The translations under genes and the position numbers were made by a program. The notes beneath the pieces were generated by a model, which had not been told where the DNA came from, did no database searches, and worked only from the letters and a program-made list of their open reading frames with translations. DNA of 57,120 nucleotides from Candidatus Campbellbacteria bacterium (GTDB lineage Bacteria; Patescibacteriota; Minisyncoccia; Phycocordibacterales; CSBR16-193): the NCBI GenBank assembly GCA_007125155.1, contig SLDR01000028.1, forward strand, positions 1 to 57,120, given 5' to 3'. Shown piece after piece: positions 1 to 10,654 of this stretch (the stretch's first letter is position 1; every line of letters begins with the position of its first letter).

Positions 1-2202
1 ATAAGGAATGGCCGAAGAGGTGAAGGTCCCCGGTGTGTCAAAAAGGCTAAGGAAGGTGGGATCGGCCCATTCGGGAATTTGTTCGTCAGAGACCCTTAGG
101 ATCTGACCGGTCTCTCCGATGCCCAGGGTGGAAAGAATTTCCTCGTCAGTGGCGTAAATCATATCCCCTATGGAATATTCACTTATTCCGGTACCTCCGC
201 GAGAAACAATGAGAGGCTCTCCGCCGATCAAATTTATATCCAATTCTCCTTCCACGACATCTACCAATATATTGGCTTCGGATAGACTAACAGAGACTCG
301 ATCGGAGCCGGCGGCAACGCCTCTAAACTGCAATTCTTCACCTTCTCTTTGATGAAAAACTCCGTAACCCAAAGTGTTAACATTAACCAAGAAGTACAAC
401 ACATCATCACCTACTCCGGCAATCGTTTGCCAGATCAGATTACCCGATCCGTCTACAGTCAAAACCTGTCCAGACATTCCACCTTCTTCCGGCCAGAAAT
501 AATCAACTCCGGAAAAAGTGGTGGTACCTGTAACACCCAAAGAACCGAAAACATCGAGTGTCCTTTCCGGAGAGTCGGTACCGATACCCAAACGCTCCAG
601 ATCAATGTCCCATGTTATACCCTGAGTTCTCTGCGCTACAGATCCAATCGTGGAAATGTTATGAACCATTCTACCTTGAACATCAATATCAACGCCCGCT
701 TGTGGAGCTCCTCCACCACTAACGGTCGTGCTTATACGGAACACTCCATCTTCAACTTCACTGATCGTTATTCTGTCGCCGGCTTGGATGCCTTGTACCA
801 TATCAATACCCAATAGCCTCCCGCCTTGAAGATCGATGTCGGCTCCACCTGTTAAAACTCCACCTGTAGCCGTAATACTTTCATAAAAGTGACTTTCTCC
901 AAAAACGCTGGTTTCCCCGTAAAGTAAAGTGGAAGTCGAGACCATTAACTCCGAAAAGATAGAGGGAGAAAGAAAGGTACTTGTACCGGTGACGGTAAGT
1001 AAGTCCTGAAGATAAGCATGACCCTCAAGGTTAAATGTTCCGTCGACAGAAAAAGACCCTTCCCTCCAAGAAAGGTCGGGGCTTGATGTTAATTCACCAT
1101 CCTCTGTCCAAAAAGCGATCTCGCCCTCTACACCGGCCCCCGCTACGGCTCCCATATCAGTAATGGAAGTCCATGTTAGTTGTCCTTGATCATCCGTGAC
1201 CAGTATATTGTTATCATCCAGACTTTCGGGCCAGGTATAAGTCAGACCGCCAAAAGTGGTGACATCTGCGGCGGTTAAAGGTCCGGCCACATCGACAGAT
1301 TGAAAAAAAGAATCACCCTCAACACTCAGGTCTTGACTTAAAAGAGTATCCACATTGATCTCAAAATAACCTTGACCTTCAACAACCTGAAGGAAAACCT
1401 CGTCTGCGGGGGCACCTAAGAAATCTTCAAAATATCTCAATGGTATAGATTCGGGTGAATTATCATCATCTAAAGAAACATCATCTTGAGAAGCCGAACC
1501 CGTTTGAGCCAAGAATGATCCCGGGTCACCTATAGGGTCATTATATCTTCCAACAAACATTGGGATGAAAGAATCAAGGCTCTTGTGAACGAAAGCAGGC
1601 AAAAGGTGTTCCATCTCAAAGGAGCGAATGACCTGTAATGTGGCCGTTGTACTTAAAAAAATAAAAAGTAGGAGTAAAACCAAAACCGTAGTTTTTTTGG
1701 TGGCTTTTTTAAGGGCATCAAGTCTGGTCTCATCCAAGTCCAATATCGATCGATAATGAGAATTCAAATCTCCTTCGCTGTTAGAGTGTTCTTGATATAA
1801 AGACGGACTCGATTTCTTTTTTGCATAAGACGAGGTCTGATTTACGACATCATGGTCATCATTAAGATCGTTTTCTTTTTTGGGTAAACCTTTAGAGTTG
1901 GATGAATTTTGATCTCTAATATTCAAAGGTTCGCTGGCGCCAATTTGGACATCGTCGTTATTACCTATTGATCTTTTAATGGGAATGAATAAAGGAGGTT
2001 TATTTTCAATTTGAGGTATTCCTGAAGATATTCCATCCTTGTACCTGATAAGATCGTCCTGTTGTATAAGCCAACTGCGTCCATCTTTACGACACACAAC
2101 CAGCCCGGCTCGACAAAGTTGCCCGATGTAGTCAGTCGTGTATCCCGTAACTCTGGAAGCTTCACGAGTCGAAAGATATATTTTTCCTTTCACTTCTTTC
2201 AT
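1..2202 (-). CDS. Large surface protein: N-terminal HTH, one TM helix, tail-fibre/adhesin-like extracellular region (3' end beyond window)
   Basis: Translated by hand from ATG at 2202; open for 734 codons to position 1. N-term YLSTREASRVTGYTTDYIGQLCRAG...GRSWLI is excisionase/MerR-like HTH. TM is TVLVLLLLFIFLSTTATL. Fibre-like motifs follow: GLTYTWP, LGIGTDSPERTLDV, GQVLTVDGSGNLIW, VSRGGTG...GDMIYA. Confidence 0.85.
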   Translation of the reverse strand, partial: MKEVKGKIYLSTREASRVTGYTTDYIGQLCRAGLVVCRKDGRSWLIQQDDLIRYKDGISSGIPQIENKPPLFIPIKRSIGNNDDVQIGASEPLNIRDQNSSNSKGLPKKENDLNDDHDVVNQTSSYAKKKSSPSLYQEHSNSEGDLNSHYRSILDLDETRLDALKKATKKTTVLVLLLLFIFLSTTATLQVIRSFEMEHLLPAFVHKSLDSFIPMFVGRYNDPIGDPGSFLAQTGSASQDDVSLDDDNSPESIPLRYFEDFLGAPADEVFLQVVEGQGYFEINVDTLLSQDLSVEGDSFFQSVDVAGPLTAADVTTFGGLTYTWPESLDDNNILVTDDQGQLTWTSITDMGAVAGAGVEGEIAFWTEDGELTSSPDLSWREGSFSVDGTFNLEGHAYLQDLLTVTGTSTFLSPSIFSELMVSTSTLLYGETSVFGESHFYESITATGGVLTGGADIDLQGGRLLGIDMVQGIQAGDRITISEVEDGVFRISTTVSGGGAPQAGVDIDVQGRMVHNISTIGSVAQRTQGITWDIDLERLGIGTDSPERTLDVFGSLGVTGTTTFSGVDYFWPEEGGMSGQVLTVDGSGNLIWQTIAGVGDDVLYFLVNVNTLGYGVFHQREGEELQFRGVAAGSDRVSVSLSEANILVDVVEGELDINLIGGEPLIVSRGGTGISEYSIGDMIYATDEEILSTLGIGETGQILRVSDEQIPEWADPTFLSLFDTPGTFTSSAIPY

Positions 2203-2235
2203 ACAATAACGAGAAGTGTTTCTTGAAAATTCATT

Positions 2236-2263
2236 TATCTCGGCCGTATCTCGGTTATCTCGG
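2236..2263. repeat. Three TATCTCGG copies; first 15 bp recur inverted at 3394..3408
   Basis: TATCTCGG at 2236, 2247 and 2256. TATCTCGGCCGTATC (2236..2250) is the reverse complement of GATACGGCCGAGATA (3394..3408). Confidence 0.8.
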
Positions 2264-2350
2264 ACACGAATCAAGTTATTCAAATTACACCTTTTCCTCT
2301 CTCGTACTACTAATTGTAACAAAGAACATGAAGGTTTTATCAGTGACCTT

Positions 2351-2359
2351 TGTGGATAA
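2351..2359 (-). promoter_or_regulatory. Perfect DnaA-box consensus TTATCCACA
   Basis: TGTGGATAA on + strand, in a divergent intergenic region; function unproven. Confidence 0.4.
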
Positions 2360-2410
2360 CGATCTCGGTTAAAAATGACTGATTTGGCATGCTATAATCA
2401 AAGCCGTAAC

Positions 2411-2692
2411 ATGAATAATGATTCAGAAAAAAGAGATGGGGTTGAGGAATCCATTTTGAAGGTGCGTGTCATGGCTTTAGGAGAGATGATCTGGGAAGGT
2501 TCTGCAATGACCGTCTCCGCTGAAAATACTTCCGGTCCCTTCGATATTCTTCCTGAACATGCTAACTTCATCACCATTTTAAAAGAGTCTCCGATCACGA
2601 TCCGGACAGCGAATGGAATAAAAGAGTTTTCATTCCCCAGATCCTTGCTTTATGCGGGTGACAACGTTATCAAAATATACGCCGGCATATGA
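2411..2692 (+). CDS. atpC: F1 epsilon-like subunit, N-terminal beta domain only
   Basis: VSAENTSGPFDILPEHANFITIL matches the epsilon GxxxILPxHxxxI motif. No C-terminal helical hairpin. Alternative start at 2375. Confidence 0.8.
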   Translation: MNNDSEKRDGVEESILKVRVMALGEMIWEGSAMTVSAENTSGPFDILPEHANFITILKESPITIRTANGIKEFSFPRSLLYAGDNVIKIYAGI

Positions 2693-3815
2693 TTCGGCAT
2701 CAATCTATATAATTTAAATATTTTTAGTAAAAAAAGAAAAAAACTCTAAAATTTGGCAAAATCATCAAATTAATATGTTCACTCAAATGGATCGTGATCT
2801 CTTAATTGATATCTATATTTTGATCTCCCGAATACCACATTCGCCCAGATCGAACAAGATTAAGTCCATCAAAAGACCTTAAAACTAGATCAAGAATATT
2901 TTCACTACATTAAAACAACGGCAAAATTACCTCAAAACTAAAGATCTCGGATATAGATAAAAATATAAATGGGTCTGATCCATGAATATTATCAATTCAT
3001 ATATAACGTTCTTTGTGTCAATACCGATACATAAATTTGAGTTAATGCATAATTTATAACAGAGACTTCAAAAAAAGACCGCCAAGATCAATAAATTTTA
3101 TAAATCGAAGTCCTTACATGAGCTACCGATATGATCACAAAAGACACCATAATGGAAGGTGAGCTATCAGGATTTTTAAATATTAAGATCAAAATATTTT
3201 CGGGCGACCCCGATCCCGGAGAAACACAAAACCAAGACAAGCAATGTGTTGTGCATGTGCGTGAAACGGTCATTAAATTACTTTTAACTTATCGCGATAT
3301 TCAGCTCTACCCCCCCCTCCACCTTTTTTTAAAAGATCGCCCACTTGATTTTCAGCAAACATTATGTTGCTATTTAATTCTGGCTTAAGTTCCGATACGG
3401 CCGAGATACAGCCTAGATAAGCTATTTATTCTGAAATAATATTCTCCATATCGCAACTTTTAATCCGGATGGGGAATCAAATAATCAGCACATAGGAACG
3501 TGTTTTATTGAAACACAATAACAACAATCGTGCTTAGACCGAATAATCAGACATCTACGGTTCCGGCTTCTGTAAAGACCCTTGATCTGAATTCTGCTTG
3601 GTATCTCAATTAGCCAACCACCTTTTGCGACACCTTGACTTCCGGTCAAAATATTTAAGATGTCCGATCAAATCGCAGCCACTGACAATAAAAGCTTTGA
3701 ATACAATCACGGGCCCGTTCGTATTGCGATCTTTAATATCCAAAATACCTTTTCCTAAACAAAAAAATTTAATAATTCGAGAATATTTATCGATTCTGAA
3801 TCGAAGGATCTTTTA

Positions 3816-3846
3816 ACAAAAAAACCAGGTTGCAGATGCCCTGGTT
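3816..3846 (-). terminator. Intrinsic terminator after atpD
   Basis: AACCAGG/CCTGGTT stem followed by a T-run on the minus strand, about 30 bp past the atpD stop. Confidence 0.6.
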
Positions 3847-3876
3847 CCCAAACCGGAAGTTGTCTTTTGTTTATAT

Positions 3877-6103
<2,227 letters not shown>

Positions 6104-6152
6104 TTGATACTACAAATTAACTTTCCGGTGTATTAAAATATCAACCCGTCTA

Positions 6153-7724
6153 TTATTCCTCTTCGGCGACACCGATATCTTTATCATCTTCAACGGGTTC
6201 TTTATCTTTTTCTTTAACAATGTTGGAAGATGAAGATGAATCCTTATTTTTACCTGTAGCAACCTCCAACTCATTGATACCTTTTTCAAGTTCTATCAGA
6301 AGGTCAGAAAATCCAAGATCTTTTGAAGAGGTCATTTCCCTGGCTCCGGCCAGGGACTTGCCTTCTTCGAGTGTTTTGATTATATTTTCACGTTCAAAAC
6401 CTATAAAATCGAGATCTCTATCTTCGGGTTCAAAAAAACGAGTAAAGACAAGTGCCAATAATAGAATTTGAGTTGTTAATGACAAGAATCCAATATTCTT
6501 TTGGTTCATCAGCTCACTTATGATCCTTCCTCTTTTTAGTATATCCCGCGCATGAGAACTGAGTTGGGTCCCGAAACGACTATACTCCTGCTGACGCGGG
6601 TACTCAGAAAGTATATTTATGATACTCGTTGACAGTTCTCGCTGAATTTTATTGTGAGTTGCGTGCCCTACACGGGTGACCGACTGAAGTACGGATATTG
6701 CCGGCTTAAAACCTTCAGCATGTATCTCCTTTGAGAATAGAAGATGCCCATCGGTTGATCCCATTAAGTTTGTGGGTATCATGTTCGTAAATCCCTCCAT
6801 ATCGGTCTCCAGGACCGGAAGAAGAGTGATGGTCCCATTGCCCTGTTTATCATTAAAGCTTCCGCTCCTCTCCATCAGGCTTGCGTGTCTATAGAACATA
6901 TCTCCGGGATATGACTCTCTTCCGGGGAACTGATTTGATAAGAGGGCTATCTCTCTTAGATACTTGGCATGAATGCCAAGGTCATCCAATATTAGGACCA
7001 CATCTTTTCCTTGATTGCAGAAATGCTCAGCTATCAAGAAGGCTGTTGATGGCGCAATACTTATCATGGGCGCCGACTCATCCGAGAGTGCCGAAACTAT
7101 TATAGTGTTATCCATGGCATCATTTTCCTCCAAAACCTTTATCAAACCGGATGTGAAGTTAACCGGTTTACCAATAGCGGCATATATACAAATGTTTTGA
7201 AGTTCTTTTTGATTGATCGCGACATCTCTTAAGAAATCATTCTTTCCACTGTGTATCGGCCCATATATAAGCTCGCGCTGACCTTTTCCTATCGGCAAAG
7301 TGATGTCAACCAAAGCAAACCCCGTAACCAGCTGCCTGTCAATAAAAGAACGTGAATCGATGTCTCTTGCTTTTTTATCAAAAGAAAGTTTCTCGGAAAA
7401 ATTACCTTTATAACGCTTACCGATCCCATTATCCGAAACCACCTCACCTAATGCATTCAACACCTTTCCTTTAAGGTGTTCACCGATATGTATCCTGGAA
7501 CCCTCGCTGTCAATAAAAAATTCTATCCCGGGACTGGCGGGTTTGTTATCAAGAAATAATGCTTCTATTGATCCGGGCAAAAGAGAATGAACCACGGCTT
7601 TCCTGCCTTCTTCATCCACGATGATATCATTAATGCGGGCCGACGGTAGTCCCTTTATGCTCAGAAGGTAACTGTTGACCTTTGTTACGTAACCAACCTC
7701 TTTCTTTATCAGGTTCTCCATCAT
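6153..7724 (-). CDS. atpA: F1 ATPase alpha subunit (divergent P-loop)
   Basis: PIGKGQRELI, DDL..HA..LREIALL...PGRESYPGDMFY, TDG, and arginine-finger SVTRVG. Confidence 0.95.
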   Translation of the reverse strand: MMENLIKKEVGYVTKVNSYLLSIKGLPSARINDIIVDEEGRKAVVHSLLPGSIEALFLDNKPASPGIEFFIDSEGSRIHIGEHLKGKVLNALGEVVSDNGIGKRYKGNFSEKLSFDKKARDIDSRSFIDRQLVTGFALVDITLPIGKGQRELIYGPIHSGKNDFLRDVAINQKELQNICIYAAIGKPVNFTSGLIKVLEENDAMDNTIIVSALSDESAPMISIAPSTAFLIAEHFCNQGKDVVLILDDLGIHAKYLREIALLSNQFPGRESYPGDMFYRHASLMERSGSFNDKQGNGTITLLPVLETDMEGFTNMIPTNLMGSTDGHLLFSKEIHAEGFKPAISVLQSVTRVGHATHNKIQRELSTSIINILSEYPRQQEYSRFGTQLSSHARDILKRGRIISELMNQKNIGFLSLTTQILLLALVFTRFFEPEDRDLDFIGFERENIIKTLEEGKSLAGAREMTSSKDLGFSDLLIELEKGINELEVATGKNKDSSSSSNIVKEKDKEPVEDDKDIGVAEEE

Positions 7725-7807
7725 ATTGATTAATTATACTACCGTTTCACCTTCTTTAATAAGTGGAAAAAAAGATGAGGCATGCATCAACGCATACACC
7801 AAAGAGA

Positions 7808-8338
7808 TCAAAGAATATTTTCATTCATTATCTCTTTTATACGGGATGATATCTTTTTGTATTGTGTTTTTTTCATGCTTTTGAAGCTCATATCGTACTT
7901 CTCGTCACCCCAACTGAAATAACAACCCGCGGCCATATCGCAATCAGCTTTAAAAATTAAAAAAGCTCTTTCATCAACATTTTTTTTGATCCATTTGCCA
8001 ATAAATACAACATCCTCACTCCTGGGTTCTACAGGCGTTTGCAAAAAGAAAACAGGGCATTTTTTAAAATCATCTTCAATTTCTGAAAGAATATCGTATG
8101 GATCTTTAGAAGATAGGATCTTTTTGAACAAATCTTCACCCCATTCTTTTACCGCTTCCTTATTATCATCAGTTATCCGTTTACCAACACAGAATCGATC
8201 GAATCTATCCAGAACCGGTAGATGTTTTTGTCGATCTTTATACAATAGAAATTCAATAAATTCCTTAAGCAAAGAAAAACGACGATGAAAATCAGTGTAA
8301 GTATATGTATTGGAAAAAATAATATCAGAAATTCTCAT
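7808..8338 (-). CDS. atpH: F1 delta/OSCP-like subunit
   Basis: C-term FKADCDMAAGCYFSWGDEKYDMSFK resembles delta VDxxxxGGxxxxxGxxxxDxS; directly upstream of atpA. Confidence 0.7.
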   Translation of the reverse strand: MRISDIIFSNTYTYTDFHRRFSLLKEFIEFLLYKDRQKHLPVLDRFDRFCVGKRITDDNKEAVKEWGEDLFKKILSSKDPYDILSEIEDDFKKCPVFFLQTPVEPRSEDVVFIGKWIKKNVDERAFLIFKADCDMAAGCYFSWGDEKYDMSFKSMKKTQYKKISSRIKEIMNENIL

Positions 8339-8356
8339 AAGATATTGAACCCCCTC

Positions 8357-9547
8357 CTATTCGAAAGCCCCTCTCTTTTTGGCTTCTTCAAGAGCATTGA
8401 TTATAACCTCCCTGTGATCATCATGTGTGAGTTTCGTGTTTAATGCTATTTGAGCGGTTTCTTCCACAAGTGTAACTATCTGTTCATCAACAACTCTCAT
8501 TCTGTCACGTCTGTATTCCTTAACTTCCCTCTTTAAATCTTCAAGTTCTTTATTGAACGCGCCTTTAAGCATCTCAATAAACTCCGCCTTAGATGCCGAT
8601 ATGTCCTCTGACACCTTGCCTATCTCCTCATTCATTTGCTCGCAAGATCTTTTACTTACCTCTTCAATGGCACTTGTGGCCTTAAGGACAGAATCCCTCA
8701 AGTGATCTCGCGCTTCTTCGGACATCTCACCGGAGATCCTCTCCAGGTTTTGAGCATTTTCCGCAAAAACATTCCTGGCATCATTGTTCATTTCTTCCAG
8801 CTGTTGTGAGAATTTATGACTGTTGGCGCGAGCTTCTTCGGACATCTCACCGGAGATCCTCTCCAGGTTTCGAGCATTTTCTTCAAAAGCATTCCTGGCA
8901 TCATTGTTCATTTCTTCCAGCTGTTGTGAAAATTTATGACTGTTGGCGCGAGCTTCTTCGGACATCTCATTCGAGATCCGGTCAAAACACTTTCCGCATT
9001 CCTCGAAAGCTTTTCTGGCCTCGGAATTCAAAACCTCGAGCTGTTTCACGGAACTCTCGACAACATTTAAATCCTCTGAAGTTCTATTCATTTTTTCTTC
9101 CATATTCTCTATGGCAAGATCCAATGATCTTTTTATATCCTCGTTAGCCTTATCAAGAGTCGAATCCATCTTTGTTCGGGCTTCATGCAACATCTCATCA
9201 GAGAACTCCGAAACCTTTTTAACGCTTTCGGAGAGGCTTTTTCCGGCTTCCCGACTCAGATCTTCCAAACACTCGGTAAAAGAGGCGTGCATTCGATCTA
9301 TTTCAGACTTTCTTTCGGATAGATATTGACCCGCACTCCGCTCCGCTACCAGCAGTGTTTCACCGGCCTTCAGGCGGGTCTCTTCCATCAAATTTCTCGC
9401 TCGATTCTTCGTCGAATCTATTATCTTATGGTAAGAATTTTTTTGTTCTTCCAGTTTGCGTAAAAGCCAAATGGTTGAAAAGAGTAAAAGGATCACTGAG
9501 GTGATCAAAAGTATCAAAAGCACAGATATTGGGTCCATTTCAAACAT
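8357..9547 (-). CDS. Elongated subunit-b-like protein (N-terminal TM, long coiled coil)
   Basis: Single N-terminal TM; E/K/R-rich helical body; b-like C-terminus EQIVTLVEETAQIALNTKLTHDDHREVIINALEE; occupies the atpF position. Confidence 0.7.
   Translation of the reverse strand: MFEMDPISVLLILLITSVILLLFSTIWLLRKLEEQKNSYHKIIDSTKNRARNLMEETRLKAGETLLVAERSAGQYLSERKSEIDRMHASFTECLEDLSREAGKSLSESVKKVSEFSDEMLHEARTKMDSTLDKANEDIKRSLDLAIENMEEKMNRTSEDLNVVESSVKQLEVLNSEARKAFEECGKCFDRISNEMSEEARANSHKFSQQLEEMNNDARNAFEENARNLERISGEMSEEARANSHKFSQQLEEMNNDARNVFAENAQNLERISGEMSEEARDHLRDSVLKATSAIEEVSKRSCEQMNEEIGKVSEDISASKAEFIEMLKGAFNKELEDLKREVKEYRRDRMRVVDEQIVTLVEETAQIALNTKLTHDDHREVIINALEEAKKRGAFE
8712..8979. repeat. 120-bp tandem repeat (about 2.2 copies) in the b-like gene
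   Basis: Near-identical blocks with 120-bp period encoding EMSEEARANSHKFSQQLEEMNNDARNxFxENAxNLERISG. Confidence 0.95.
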
Positions 9548-9631
9548 TTTAAAAGAATATCTTAATTTTATCCGATCTGAATATATTTTATCATGCGAAT
9601 ATCGAGTTTCAACGAAAAACCTTTGACCTTT

Positions 9632-10489
9632 TTACATTACCCTGATAATAAAGACGGGTATAAGCAAGATCAGCGCGCTCAACAGAAGCCCGCCAACGCT
9701 TATCAATATGACCAGGAACATGTTAAATATCATCATCTTCTGTATCGACTGTCGAGCCAAGGGGTTCCTTCCGAGGGCCGAAAGTCCATCTTTAACATTT
9801 GCCTTGAAAAAATAATAAGCAAAATAAAAAGCCCCTAGAGCCACCATGGCCGCAGCCATATAACGGGCGATCATTGCCAAATAATGCTCGATCTGCTCAA
9901 GAACGGAATCCTCCTCATCTTCAGCCGGGAAGATATCTTCGTCCCCCTCTGTTGCTCCTATCTTAAGATCGACCAAGAGCTGACCAGCGGGGATCTCTTG
10001 ATCAAATATGTCAAAAACAATATCTGTGGCACCACTCTCGGTAAGGTCCTCCAACGCAATACCAACCAAATTTCGGTGTTCTGAGCCCGCCGTCATACCG
10101 TAACCGGGAACATCAGAAGTGACTATACGGTCTCCGGTCCTTATCGGTCCGTCTTTTAAAACGACATTAACTCTTGCCTGCCCTGTTCTTAAGACCGAAA
10201 CATTGCTCTCTTCATCAGGAATAATGGTCATCAAAGGCCTCTCCACAATGACACCGAAAACATCCGGGCTGTCCACCGTTCGGGAGAGATAGAAAAAACC
10301 TGTTCTGGAATCGCGAGAAATTATATTTCCGGGGACAATTCCTTCATCGCTAACGGGATTAATACCCTGACCCACTTGGGCCGATACCGTATTGAAAAGA
10401 TACGCTGAAACTCCCAGCAGACTCAGTATAATTAAGAATGAAATTAAAGAATTTACGTACATGTGAGATCTAAGACTCAAAAAATTCAA
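9632..10489 (-). CDS. Exported-domain / subunit-c-like hairpin fusion protein
   Basis: Signal/TM N-terminus, then beta-rich domain (GQARVNVVLKDGPIRTGDRIVTSDVPGYGM), acidic linker, then two TMs joined by GLSALGRNPLARQSIQ (c-subunit R-Q/N-P loop). Occupies the atpE position. Alternative start at 10462. Confidence 0.75.
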   Translation of the reverse strand: MNFLSLRSHMYVNSLISFLIILSLLGVSAYLFNTVSAQVGQGINPVSDEGIVPGNIISRDSRTGFFYLSRTVDSPDVFGVIVERPLMTIIPDEESNVSVLRTGQARVNVVLKDGPIRTGDRIVTSDVPGYGMTAGSEHRNLVGIALEDLTESGATDIVFDIFDQEIPAGQLLVDLKIGATEGDEDIFPAEDEEDSVLEQIEHYLAMIARYMAAAMVALGAFYFAYYFFKANVKDGLSALGRNPLARQSIQKMMIFNMFLVILISVGGLLLSALILLIPVFIIRVM

Positions 10490-10654
10490 GTGGAGGATTT
10501 TTAAACCAAAACAAAACTCTTCCTTGACATTTATGGTAACATTTTATCATATGATCCAACTTTAGATGTACCCATATTTAAGACTTCGTTTTTTATACAT
10601 TATCTTTAAATTCATAAATATTTAAAATTGTCCCAATGAATAAGTCAGGACAGA

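Noticed and set aside
170..2165. Short ORFs 170..352, 349..816 and 1965..2165
   Set aside because: They are antisense or out-of-frame shadows of the long 1..2202 minus-strand gene.
3088..3816. Small ORFs in the atpC-atpD gap as the missing Fo subunits
   Set aside because: They have no TM hairpin or recognisable motif and are probably spurious.
2300..3876. Replication origin
   Set aside because: Only one perfect DnaA box, no dnaA/dnaN nearby, and gene orientation does not switch across the region.
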